Source: Acidimicrobiales bacterium
GTDB taxonomy: Bacteria; Actinomycetota; Acidimicrobiia; Acidimicrobiales; SZUA-35
NCBI GenBank assembly: GCA_033851875.1
Contig: JAWSVN010000038.1
Span: 2,914 to 66,913 of the forward strand
Length of the DNA stretch: 64,000 bases
Direction of reading: 5' to 3'
Of the stretch, positions 1-8,649 are shown in pieces. Every line of letters starts with the position of its first letter. Positions within the stretch are counted from its first letter, which is position 1. The notes under the pieces were generated by a model that saw nothing but the letters and a program-made list of their open reading frames with translations, ran no database searches and was not told where the DNA came from. A program made the position numbers and the translations under genes.

Positions 1-642
1 CCTATCGCCCATTCGGTCCGTCATGGCCTCATTTGCCGCTGCAATCATCTCACGCCGCTCCGTGCGAGAGGGTCGGGCCTCTGGGGCGAAATCTCTCCCG
101 AACGGACTCGCAGCAAAGTCTGGCCTGCTGTCAACTTCTGCAGGAAAGCTCGCTGGCGGCCTCGCCAAGGCAGTACTTGAACACAACAGGACCGCCGTCA
201 ACGCTGATATTGCAGCGGGTAACACTCTTCTTGGACTCATTGCCTCACCTCTCTCAGCCATATCTTGGCCTCGAACGTTGGTCTAACATGACCTAGCGTC
301 ACGTTCAAGTCCATCAGTGACGTCGGGAGCAACTGTCTGGGACCATCCAAGCAGGGATGGTTGGCAGGAGTCTGACAACTTGCGGTGGTGGGTTGCCGCG
401 CCGCAGGAACTCGCCATCGCCGCCCCGAGTGGCCGACTGCGACCGTCGAATGCGCCGAGACTCACCAGTAGCAACCATGTCGAAGTCGTGCCCCACGAGC
501 CTCGAGCGATCGGCGGCACCGAACCTACGGATATCGCCCCCTTCGGTTCCAGAGTCTCCAGTCGTGACCACAGGGCAGCGTTTTGGTACCGGGTTGGTAC
601 CCGCCGGCCACAGCATTCCCAGCTGTGGTGGCGCGCAACTCA

Positions 643-1332
643 ATGGTCGACAGTGCACTGCGAGCCTCGCTGCGATGGCACTCCGAACTACTGAGAGGGG
701 TTGCAGCTGTTCAGGATGCTCTTGGCCTGGAGGGAAAGGCGAGCTGCCTCGCATCCCACCCCTACGAAGGGGAATTCGATCGCGTTGTTGGCAATTGCCT
801 GCCCCGACGCCTGCTGCTCGAGGTCGCACGACGCGACACTGCAGCTCTTGAGACTCTCCGACGTGAGCGAGCGCAGATTTCGTCGAGTCTGAGTGAGGCT
901 GATTTTCAGCTCGCAAGCGCGTATATCGTCAGCCGGACCTCAGGGGCTTCGCGCGCAAGCAGTTCGTCGTCCGGAACGAGCGGACCAGAAGTCCCCCTCG
1001 AGCTCATTCGCTTCGACCTGCTAGCCCGCTTGCCGTCTAGGTCGAGCCTGACGACGCAGATCGGGGCGCTGGAGAAGGCCCTCGAGGCGGAGGCAGAGCG
1101 GCAGACCCCACTAACAGCAGAGGAGCGTCGCGTTTTGGCTGCCCTAGCCTCGGGGCAGAAAATGGCAGACGTCGCCGAGGCAGAGAGTGTTTCGGAACGA
1201 ACGCTATACCGACGCACCGGCGACATTTGTGCTCGGCTTGGCACCACAAGCCTTCGGGAGGCCATCTCCACCGCCGCAGAGTCTGGGTGGCTCGTAGGGC
1301 AGGGCCGAGGCCGACGAGGCACTCCTCGCTAG
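643..1332 (+). CDS. LuxR/GerE-family transcriptional regulator (C-terminal HTH)
   Basis: ORF 583..1332. C-terminus LTAEERRVLAALASGQKMADVAEAESVSERTLYRRTGDICARLG is a GerE-type HTH. The track start at 583 is TTG; the first in-frame ATG at 643 is preferred. The N-terminal ~150 aa has no domain I recognise. Confidence 0.6.
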   Translation: MVDSALRASLRWHSELLRGVAAVQDALGLEGKASCLASHPYEGEFDRVVGNCLPRRLLLEVARRDTAALETLRRERAQISSSLSEADFQLASAYIVSRTSGASRASSSSSGTSGPEVPLELIRFDLLARLPSRSSLTTQIGALEKALEAEAERQTPLTAEERRVLAALASGQKMADVAEAESVSERTLYRRTGDICARLGTTSLREAISTAAESGWLVGQGRGRRGTPR

Positions 1333-1540
1333 AAGGGCTCGTAGTCTCCGCAGCGTGGCCGGCCGAAAGCCAGCAGACATTCCGATGCCCCAACCAGTCA
1401 TCCGGGAGGGCTCCTTCGAGCCTAGGCCAGATGAGGGTCCGGAGAGGTCGACTCGAACACGCGCCGACCCCGAGTGTGCATTCGCCAAGCGACATAAGCG
1501 TCATTATGCAGCACTAACCGGAGAGGCCAGCCGAGCCCCT

Positions 1541-1954
1541 CTAGAGCTCTCCCACGTGCACATTGGCGTACGGCGCAGCCAGCCTGCCGATGTCTCGTGG
1601 GTCGCCGGTGAGCACGACACCGCCCCCCGCCTCCACCGCACATGCAACGCAGTGGGCGTCGGCAAGGTCCACACTCCCGGCACCTGCGGCATGAAGGATC
1701 CCGCCGACGAGCCTGGCGACCGAGCGGTCGGTGTCTCGCACCACCAATCCGGTCTCACGGCTGAGGCAGGCGTCGACGAGCGCATTCCGGTTCGGCGCCC
1801 GATAGAGCTCTGCCAGCGTCACGGCCGACACGACCACCTCTCGCCTGAGCCGACGTGCCGCCTCGAGCGCCGCTCGGACTTCATCGAAGCGAGCATGCCG
1901 CCTGTCGGCCAGCGCCGCCATTGCCTCGGCATCGAGGACAAGGGCACGACTCAC
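1541..1954 (-). CDS. vapC: PIN-domain toxin, VapC-like
   Basis: 137 aa. N-terminal LVLDAEA plus later acidic positions (TLAELY, LADAHCVA) fit the PIN layout. A 4-nt ATGA stop/start overlap with the upstream small ORF is typical of type II TA pairs. Confidence 0.75.
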   Translation of the reverse strand: MSRALVLDAEAMAALADRRHARFDEVRAALEAARRLRREVVVSAVTLAELYRAPNRNALVDACLSRETGLVVRDTDRSVARLVGGILHAAGAGSVDLADAHCVACAVEAGGGVVLTGDPRDIGRLAAPYANVHVGEL

Positions 1955-2178
1955 GCGAGAAGATCCAGGTACTTCTCGACCAGCGCCTCATCGACGGGCC
2001 CGTTGGTCGACTCGAAGTCCGACAGCATCTCATCGAGCAGTCGAAGACGACGACGACGCTCGAGCTCATTGCGCACTGCGAGGTTCACCTGGCCGGAGAT
2101 GGCCTCTCCCTCGGCCTCCAGCTCCTCGATGAGGTCGGCATCGATCGACACCGACACTTTTCGCTTCGCCACGGTCAT
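1951..2178 (-). CDS. vapB: Ribbon-helix-helix type antitoxin, VapB-like
   Basis: 75 aa. N-terminus KRKVSVSIDADLIEELE looks like an RHH/CopG beta-strand plus helix. It sits immediately upstream of the PIN ORF and overlaps it by 4 nt. Confidence 0.65.
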   Translation of the reverse strand: MTVAKRKVSVSIDADLIEELEAEGEAISGQVNLAVRNELERRRRLRLLDEMLSDFESTNGPVDEALVEKYLDLLA

Positions 2179-2250
2179 ACTCCGAGCCTACCAAAGTAGG
2201 ATCGGAGCGTCGAGGGTCGATCGCAGCGACCACGTACCGACGGGAGACTC

Positions 2251-2892
2251 ATGCGAGTCAACGCAGTCGCACTCACCATCCTCGCTTCCGCGCTGGCGGT
2301 AGCGCCTGCCTGTGGCACCTCTAGCGACGCCGACCTGGTGGCGGCCCTCACCACCACGACGAGTCAGCCCCCAACGACAGCGGCCCTCAGTCCGGCGGAT
2401 GCCCTTGCCGCCTGCGTCGCATCGCGCGACGTCGACCCGACCGCCCTGCGACCGTCCGACCCCGTGGTCGGCGTCGACGCTGAAGGCGTTGAGTATTGCC
2501 TCGGGCCGGTCGAACTGACGGGAGAGGCGATCGAGGATGTGGTCATGGTCTCGGACGACTGGGCTCCAAGCGTCGACGTGACGCTCTCCCCCGTCGGGAT
2601 CGTCGCCTTCAACACTGCTGCCGCACGGTGCTTCGAGGCCGAACCGACGTGCCCGTTCTCGCAGCTGGCCATCGTCGCCGACGGGGACGTCATCAGCGCA
2701 CCGAGGATCGCTACGCCGTCCTTCGAGCGAGATCAGATCCAAATAGGCGGGCCGGACGAGACTCGACTCGCCCAGTTGATCGACGCCGTGGAATCGTCGC
2801 CCGCCAGCATCGAGTTCCGGCCCGTGATCGCCGAGGTCCCCTTCGGCATGTCGCTCGAGTCGATCGCCGACATCCTCGACACGAAGGACTGA
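2251..2892 (+). CDS. Putative secreted lipoprotein, unknown function
   Basis: 213 aa. Signal peptide MRVNAVALTILASALAVAPAC with a Cys at the lipobox position, followed by a Thr/Pro-rich linker. Preferred over the antisense ORF 2188..2985, which is Arg/Gly-rich with no motifs. Confidence 0.5.
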   Translation: MRVNAVALTILASALAVAPACGTSSDADLVAALTTTTSQPPTTAALSPADALAACVASRDVDPTALRPSDPVVGVDAEGVEYCLGPVELTGEAIEDVVMVSDDWAPSVDVTLSPVGIVAFNTAAARCFEAEPTCPFSQLAIVADGDVISAPRIATPSFERDQIQIGGPDETRLAQLIDAVESSPASIEFRPVIAEVPFGMSLESIADILDTKD

Positions 2893-2983
2893 CCTAGGGA
2901 CCAGGTCCGAACGCCGTCTACTCGGGCGAACGTCCTCGCCCAACTCTCGGGTCTCGAAGTTCGCGCCTGGCAGGCTGTGTGTC

Positions 2984-3472
2984 ATGCCCTTGCAGATTCG
3001 GTCAGCCTCCGAAGCCGATCATGCCTTCCTCGAGGACATGACCTTCGAGGCGATCTTCGTGCGGCCCGACACCGAACCGTTCGGACGAGAGGTCCTCGAC
3101 GACCCGTCGATCCGCCACTACTTCGCCGAGTTCGGCCGACGCCCCGGCGACACCGGACTCGTCGCATTCGACGGGGATCGTCCCGTCGGCGCAGCTTGGG
3201 TCCGCCGGTTCTCGGCCGAGCATCCGGGATACGGCTGGGTCGACGAGCACACCCCCGAGCTGACGATCGCTCTTGCACCGTCACACCGGAACCTCGGGCT
3301 CGGCGCACAGCTACTCACAGCCCTGTTCAAGGCCCTCGCCGAGCAAGGCGTGGTGCAGCTCTGCCTGAGCGTCGACGACCTCTCCCCCGCTCGGGCGCTC
3401 TACCGACGTCTCGGCTTCGTCGAGGTCGCCGAAGAGGGCACCGCCGTCACGATGCTGCGCCAGCTGCCCTGA
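2984..3472 (+). CDS. GNAT-family N-acetyltransferase
   Basis: 162 aa. The acetyl-CoA binding core HRNLGLGAQLLTALFKALAEQG ... ARALYRRLGF matches the GNAT motif A/B pattern. Confidence 0.8.
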   Translation: MPLQIRSASEADHAFLEDMTFEAIFVRPDTEPFGREVLDDPSIRHYFAEFGRRPGDTGLVAFDGDRPVGAAWVRRFSAEHPGYGWVDEHTPELTIALAPSHRNLGLGAQLLTALFKALAEQGVVQLCLSVDDLSPARALYRRLGFVEVAEEGTAVTMLRQLP

Positions 3473-3528
3473 GCGCACGCCGCGGCCCTGATTCGGCCCC
3501 TCCGACACACCGACTACAACGGAGCGTC

Positions 3529-3981
3529 ATGAACACCCGCCTCCCACTCACGTCACGGCGACTCTTGGTGATCGCGCTGGCCCCGTTGGTGCTGGCAGCG
3601 GCCAGGTGCGCTCCCGGCGACACTTCCGTGGATCAGGTGGACATCGTGTCGTTCCTCGGTCCGAGGGAGGAGAGCGGCGCTGATCTGGGTTCCGGGTGGT
3701 CGCGCCAACTCGAGCTCGTGTTCTCCGACGCCGACGCTGAGGTGCTGGGGCTCGAAAGCTCGGCCAACCGCTACGAGCCGGCGGGCGCGGATGCGCTCTA
3801 CCTCGAGCTCGAGACCGGGCTGGAGGCGGACTCGTTCGACCAGTTGAACTACATCTGTTATGCGGGCGACGTCATCGTCCGCGACCTTGTCAACGGCACC
3901 GAGGCCGTTATCGCCGAGGCCGGGCGCTGTGAGTTCGAGACGAGGATCAAGCTCGACGCGAAGGCGCTGTTCTCACCCTGA
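3529..3981 (+). CDS. Putative secreted/lipoprotein, unknown function
   Basis: In-frame ATG at 3529 inside track ORF 2977..3981, preceded by GGAG (3521-3524). N-terminus MNTRLPLTSRRLLVIALAPLVLAAARC is signal-peptide-like. The upstream part of the track ORF is Arg/Pro-rich shadow sequence overlapping the GNAT gene. Confidence 0.5.
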   Translation: MNTRLPLTSRRLLVIALAPLVLAAARCAPGDTSVDQVDIVSFLGPREESGADLGSGWSRQLELVFSDADAEVLGLESSANRYEPAGADALYLELETGLEADSFDQLNYICYAGDVIVRDLVNGTEAVIAEAGRCEFETRIKLDAKALFSP

Positions 3982-3990
3982 CGTAGCCGC

Positions 3991-4054
3991 CGACAGCTCC
4001 AGGATCTTTCCTTCGCCGAAGTCAACCAGGTAGAGACGGCCGTCGTCGACCACC
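3991..4054 (-). pseudogene. Orphan 3'-end remnant homologous to the C-terminus of the dehydrogenase gene at 6358..7419
   Basis: 58/64 nt identical to 6370-6433. The minus-strand translation VVDDGRLYLVDFGEGKILELSAATSG* (stop at 3973-3975) parallels VVDDGRLYLIDFGNGEILELSAGA*. There is no homologous gene body upstream of it (4055 onward). Confidence 0.6.
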
Positions 4055-4164
4055 CGAGGCGAGCGCAACGGTCACGTAACCATCCCGAGCGGCGATCGCC
4101 ATCGGGAGCTACAAAGGTCAATGCGAGGCTGTCGTGTCGGCCTCCGAGGCTTGAAAGGGCGGCA

Positions 4165-5082
4165 ATGGACGCGTTGATCGACGAACACCTACGCGCATCG
4201 GAAGCGATCGCTCGCAACGATCCGGGAGCAGGCGCGCTCCACTTCTGCCACGTCTCGCGCGCCACGTACCACCTAGCAGGGGTGGAAGGCTGGCCCAACG
4301 CGATTGCGGCGTTTGAGGAGTCCGAGCTCGCCTCGTTGTTCAGGCGCGATCCCCTGACCAGGTGGTCAGCAGAACGGCCTCGGGGCTACCCCGGAGATGC
4401 CGGCCTGCTCGACCTGATCTATGACCACGTCGACTCGAATCGGTCCGCTGTCGAGTCCGCAGGCGACTCGATCGCGGCGGCCGTCAATGCGGTGACCTGG
4501 AACGCTCCGGAGCCTGCCGCGGTTCGCTGGCGCCGCGCCCACATCGCGGAGGAGATGGCTCGGAGATTCGCTCAACGACCCGACACGTCGGTCCTCTCCG
4601 TGGCGTCCGGGCACTGCCGCGAGCTCGAGCTGATCGACCTCGACGAGCACGAACCGATCTGGCTGGTCGACCAGGACGAAGACTCTCTGGCAGAGGCGAA
4701 GCGTAGCTACGGCGACCTCGTGGAGCCGCATCACCTCAACATCTCATCACTGCTCAGGGATTCCCTGCGAGACGAGCGCTTTGACCTGATCTACTCGCTC
4801 GGTCTCTTCGACTACCTCGACGACCGGGCAGCTCGCTTGCTGCTCTCCTCCCTCCAGAAGTCCGTGGCGACGGGCGGCGAATTGATCGTGGCCAACTTCG
4901 CGCCCTGGCCGGTGTCGATCGGCTACATGGAGTCCGCGATGCGTTGGAAGTTGATCTACCGGACCGAACTCGACCTTCGACGGATCTGGGAAGCGACACC
5001 GCTCGCCGATCACTTCAGTCTTCGCACCTACCGAGATCCTGCTGGCACTGTGGTCTACCTGGCGGCGAACCGCAGGAACTGA
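4165..5082 (+). CDS. Class I SAM-dependent methyltransferase-like protein
   Basis: 305 aa. Rossmann MTase-like motifs: VLSVASGHCRELE, LVDQDEDSL, FDLIYSLGLFDYL, GGELIVANF. ATG start at 4165. Confidence 0.6.
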   Translation: MDALIDEHLRASEAIARNDPGAGALHFCHVSRATYHLAGVEGWPNAIAAFEESELASLFRRDPLTRWSAERPRGYPGDAGLLDLIYDHVDSNRSAVESAGDSIAAAVNAVTWNAPEPAAVRWRRAHIAEEMARRFAQRPDTSVLSVASGHCRELELIDLDEHEPIWLVDQDEDSLAEAKRSYGDLVEPHHLNISSLLRDSLRDERFDLIYSLGLFDYLDDRAARLLLSSLQKSVATGGELIVANFAPWPVSIGYMESAMRWKLIYRTELDLRRIWEATPLADHFSLRTYRDPAGTVVYLAANRRN

Positions 5083-5087
5083 GCCTC

Positions 5088-6314
5088 GTGGTCGACATTC
5101 CTGCTATCGCACGGGCGATCGTCGGCGGCATTGCGACCGTCGGCCCCATCCTCTGCGCTGTTGGAGTGGCCTACGTGAGCGCCGCGTTGCTGGGGCCCCG
5201 GCCGCGCCGAGCGCGCTACGCGCTCGCTCGGCGAGGCTTCGATCCCGAAGGCCATCTGATCCCGCTCGACCGTGGCGTCGTCCTGGCAACAGCGGCGATC
5301 GTCTCCTTGGCCGTATCGTTCGCAATCGAGGAAGAGGTCCGTGTCGGGCCCAACCGGGCGATCGATCAGCTGCTTCCAGAGGGCGCCGAGACGTGGGTAC
5401 TGCAGCACGGCACGGATCACTTCATGAACAACAGCGCGATCGATCCGGCAAGCGCCGAACAAGTCCTTGCTCAACTCTCGGATATGGGCGAAGGCGCCGT
5501 ATTGGTCTCGGGAACTCTGGCTTCCGTGACGGTCGGCGAGGATCGAGTCACGGGCTTCGTCTTCGCGCTGCCAACGAGCCAGAACCCCGTGCCCCGCCGC
5601 GGCCACACCTGCGAGTCCGAGAGCGATCAGCCGTGTCTCCTACCACGCTCCGGCGCCATCGTGGACGCCGGCGAAGGAGTAGGAATCGGTGACTCGATCA
5701 GTGTTCGCGGCGTTCCGCTCGAAGTCGTCGCGCACCCCGAACGGCCACGATCACTTCTGAATCGACTCGTCGTCTACGTGGACCACGAAGCCTTCGCCCG
5801 GATCGAACCCGGGAGTCGCTACTTCGCGATCGCCACAACTGCGCCGGTTGCCGAACTCGGCCCACTTCCGGCCGGCCTGGAGGCATTGTCGACGGACGAA
5901 CTCCGCCAGCGGAACGAGGCGTTCTGGGCGGGCAACGGAACGCCGCTCCTGCTGCTCCTGATCCTGCTCGTGATGACCTTCGCCAGCACCGCCCTGTACG
6001 GCGCTCTACGGACCGACTACGACCGCCATCGACGGCTTCTGTCAACGCTGTGGGCCCTTGGACAGACTCGAACCGAGATGCTCGACACGTTCCTTCTCCG
6101 AAGCCTTCACCTCACCGCCCTTGCCGCACCACCTGCTGCGGCGCTTTCGTGGATTCTGATGGCGGCCAGTTCAGCGACCATCCTCGGCTTCAACGGACGG
6201 ATCACCCTCCTTCACCTGCTGGGAGCAACCGGCTCGGTCATCGCGTGCTCGTTGGCGACGATCAGCGCCCTTGCCGTGGCGACCCGCAACGCCACCCCCG
6301 CCGCGCACCTCTAG
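5088..6314 (+). CDS. FtsX/MacB-like ABC permease-family membrane protein (no cognate ATPase adjacent)
   Basis: Track ORF 4944..6314 trimmed to the in-frame GTG at 5088, 6 nt after the methyltransferase stop. It has an N-terminal TM helix, a large extracytoplasmic region, and a C-terminal FtsX-type module (RRLLSTLWALGQTRTEMLDTFLLRSL plus 3 TM helices). Confidence 0.6.
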   Translation: MVDIPAIARAIVGGIATVGPILCAVGVAYVSAALLGPRPRRARYALARRGFDPEGHLIPLDRGVVLATAAIVSLAVSFAIEEEVRVGPNRAIDQLLPEGAETWVLQHGTDHFMNNSAIDPASAEQVLAQLSDMGEGAVLVSGTLASVTVGEDRVTGFVFALPTSQNPVPRRGHTCESESDQPCLLPRSGAIVDAGEGVGIGDSISVRGVPLEVVAHPERPRSLLNRLVVYVDHEAFARIEPGSRYFAIATTAPVAELGPLPAGLEALSTDELRQRNEAFWAGNGTPLLLLLILLVMTFASTALYGALRTDYDRHRRLLSTLWALGQTRTEMLDTFLLRSLHLTALAAPPAAALSWILMAASSATILGFNGRITLLHLLGATGSVIACSLATISALAVATRNATPAAHL

Positions 6315-6357
6315 TCGGGGCTGGCCGGGCGTGAGCGGTCGGGCATCATCTGGCCCG

Positions 6358-7419
6358 TCAGGCGCCGGCCGACAGCTCCAGGATCTCGCCGTTGCCGAAG
6401 TCGATCAGGTAGAGACGGCCGTCGTCGACCACCAGCTGCTGGGGCCGCTCGACCGAATCGAGCAGCGTGGCGACCGCTCCCCCGTCGGCCGGCACCGACA
6501 CGACCTCGCCGGCATTCCACAACGCCACCAGCAGCTCACCCGGCTGCCACGGCGACTCGACGATCGACGTCGGCGTCGCTCCCCGGTCGAACACGATCAG
6601 GGAGCCAGGCACGTCGGCGCAACGCTCGGCGGTGCCGTCGAACTCAGCCACCGGTCGGTTGTCGTCCACGCAGTGCGGCCAGCCGTGATCCGCTCCCTCG
6701 GCGACGGCCACCACCTCGTCGAGCGCGACCTCACCGTCGTAGACACCGTCCGCGATCTCGACGGTCCACAGCGTCCCGTCGCTCGCCCGCACCTGTGCGT
6801 ACGCGTTCTTGAACCCGGAGCCGACCGGCTCCACCGCACCATCGGGGCCGACGGCCCACAACACGCCGGACGAGAGCGTCGGCGACGCCGGCGGCTCGAT
6901 CCGGCTGCGCAACGAGCCGGTGGTGGCGAACAAGAGCCGCTCGCCCCCATCGACGACGTCGACGCTGAGCGAACCCGACGACCGACCGTTGAACGCCATG
7001 TCATCGACGACGACCTCGACCTCGGAACCGTCGAGCGTCGACACCGTGAGCCGGCGACGTTCCTGCACCCACAGCCGACCATCGAACACGGCGACGCCGG
7101 TCGGCTTGTCGAGCCCGGTCCGCACCGCCTCGCCGACCACGCCCGTCGCCGGATCGACGGGCACCACCGAGCCCGCCTCGTCGTTCTCTCCGCCCGACAG
7201 CTGGGCGACGAACCACGTCCCATCGGGCCCCACGGCGAACTGGGTCGGCCCATCGAGTCCCCCGACGACGGCTCGAACCGCCAGCGAGGTGCCGTCGACC
7301 GCTCCCCCATCGTCGGCCGACGCCGCCGGCTCGGTCTCGTCGGCAACGCAGCCGACCAACACGCAGGCGACGGCGAACACGATCGCGACCGGCCCTCGGC
7401 GGAACACGGCCCGCCTCAC
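6358..7419 (-). CDS. PQQ-dependent sugar dehydrogenase-like (GSDH/SGL type) beta-propeller lipoprotein
   Basis: Repeated propeller blade-like segments (GPDG..., GLDKPTGVAV, HGWPHC). Lipoprotein signal VAIVFAVACVLVGC. The start is set at GTG 7419, which overlaps the upstream NYN stop as GTGA; the track start at 7488 would overlap that gene by 72 nt. Confidence 0.7.
   Translation of the reverse strand: MRRAVFRRGPVAIVFAVACVLVGCVADETEPAASADDGGAVDGTSLAVRAVVGGLDGPTQFAVGPDGTWFVAQLSGGENDEAGSVVPVDPATGVVGEAVRTGLDKPTGVAVFDGRLWVQERRRLTVSTLDGSEVEVVVDDMAFNGRSSGSLSVDVVDGGERLLFATTGSLRSRIEPPASPTLSSGVLWAVGPDGAVEPVGSGFKNAYAQVRASDGTLWTVEIADGVYDGEVALDEVVAVAEGADHGWPHCVDDNRPVAEFDGTAERCADVPGSLIVFDRGATPTSIVESPWQPGELLVALWNAGEVVSVPADGGAVATLLDSVERPQQLVVDDGRLYLIDFGNGEILELSAGA
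6370..6433. repeat. Right copy of 64-bp direct repeat (partner 3991-4054)
   Basis: Direct comparison of the two stretches gives 58/64 identical positions, spaced 2379 bp apart. This copy is the functional 3' end of the 6358..7419 gene. Confidence 0.85.
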
Positions 7420-8087
7420 AGCGACGCCAGGAACGCGTCGACGTCGGCGTCGTCGAGCGGTTCGAAGTAGTCGAATCGATCCCGGCACGCTTCGACCACG
7501 TCTCGATCGATCTCGTGGAAGGCGTCGTAGCCGGCCAGGGTCCGCTCGTCGCCGCGTTCCTCCGACACGAACGCCACCTCCACCTGCCGCCGTCGACCGT
7601 TCAACACGCCGCCTCGCTCGGCCACCTCGTCGGCGATCTCCATCAGGTCGCGGTCACGCGACACGATGATCGCCGTGTCGCACTCGTCGCTCAACAGCGC
7701 ACCCACTGCGTCGAGGGCGAGGGCAACGTCGATCCCCTTCTCCCGTGCGCCGCGATGCCGCTTCACGCGGGCCCGAGCGACGTCGGGCGCCGTGTCGTAC
7801 CAGGGCGGGTCGAGGTCGCGGTCCTGCACCCGCCACTCCCAGTGGTAGCGGAGGGTCCGTTCGGTCACCCGCACCCCGGTCCGCTCGATCAGGTCGTGGC
7901 GACGCCGCACCACCTCGAACATCTGCGCGTTCTCGTCCGGGTCGTGGATCCCGGAGTAGTAGCGGGTGCCGACGAGCCGGCGCCCCTCCCCCGCCAGCGT
8001 CCGGGCGAGCAGCACCGGGTGGAGCCGGGCCCGGTAGCGACGCTGCAGCCCCTTGAACAGGTTCTGCCCGTCGATGAACACCATCAC
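7416..8087 (-). CDS. NYN-domain (LabA/DUF88, PIN-like) putative ribonuclease
   Basis: VMVFIDGQNLF ... EKGIDVALALDAV ... DTAIIVSRDRDL is the NYN signature. The start is trimmed to GTG 8087 (or ATG 8084), with GGAG about 10 nt upstream. The track start at 8258 would leave no promoter space. Confidence 0.7.
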   Translation of the reverse strand: MMVFIDGQNLFKGLQRRYRARLHPVLLARTLAGEGRRLVGTRYYSGIHDPDENAQMFEVVRRRHDLIERTGVRVTERTLRYHWEWRVQDRDLDPPWYDTAPDVARARVKRHRGAREKGIDVALALDAVGALLSDECDTAIIVSRDRDLMEIADEVAERGGVLNGRRRQVEVAFVSEERGDERTLAGYDAFHEIDRDVVEACRDRFDYFEPLDDADVDAFLASL

Positions 8088-8258
8088 CCGCTCTGACTCC
8101 ACCGGCGCTGTGTCCACCCGCTGACCTTCCGACCGTTCCGCATCGCTCACCACCCGATCGTCGCACGCCCACCGACCGAAGTGGCGGCCCCAGGCTCGGC
8201 GAGCGTGGCGAGCCATCGACCCCACCCCTCTGGTTGCGGCGCCGTCCATACTGGCCAA

Positions 8259-8483
8259 GTGCTGAACGTGACGATCGAACTGCCCGACGACGTCCTGCCG
8301 ATCATCGAGGGTCTCGACGTGCCGTTGTCGGAGTGGGTCACCGATCGGCTACGCGACCATGCCTCGGGGACCACGTCATCGTTCGCAGGCGAGATCATCG
8401 CTGATGCCGTGCTCGCTCAAGACGAGACTCCGGCCAGTCCCGAGGCGGTCGACAGCCGCCTGGGACGGTCGGCGCCCTGGTGA
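8259..8483 (+). CDS. Small hypothetical protein, RHH/antitoxin-like N-terminus
   Basis: 74 aa from the in-frame GTG at 8259. VLNVTIELPDDVLPIIEGL resembles small CopG/RHH proteins. It is divergent from the NYN gene. Weak call. Confidence 0.3.
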   Translation: MLNVTIELPDDVLPIIEGLDVPLSEWVTDRLRDHASGTTSSFAGEIIADAVLAQDETPASPEAVDSRLGRSAPW

Positions 8484-8509
8484 GCGTCAGCCGACGTCGC
8501 GGCGCTCGA
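8451..8509. repeat. Left copy of 59-bp direct repeat (partner 9209-9267)
   Basis: 56/59 identical to 9209-9267. It contains the real stop of ORF 8259..8483 and a dead copy of the ABC-2 permease 3' end (LERRDVG* on the minus strand). Confidence 0.85.
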
Positions 8510-8649
8510 GACGAGGCGCTCTGCCGCACACTCGGCCTTTGAGCGTCGCCGGAACGATGGTCGCGCACCTCGCGTACTCGCCCGAGTTCACCCAGCGCTT
8601 TGATCACGGCACTCAGCGAGATCGGCCAGCTTGTTCGCAGTGAGGTGAG

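Noticed and set aside
1-261. Partial minus-strand ORF running off the left edge (MAERGEAMSPRRVLPAAISALTAVLLCSSTALA...) versus plus-strand track ORFs 23..286 and 33..296.
   Set aside because: All three are short, lie in an AT-richer region and lack motifs. The minus-strand one has a signal-peptide look but poor GC3 for this genome and is truncated. I mention it in a finding but do not call it as a feature.
4083-4106. Hairpin CCCGA-gc-GGCGATCGCC-a-TCGGG with an internal perfect 10-nt palindrome, just inside the left boundary of the 2.3-kb bracketed segment.
   Set aside because: It could be a terminator or a recombination site, but it is a single short structure with no partner at the other boundary. 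The evidence is insufficient to call it a feature.
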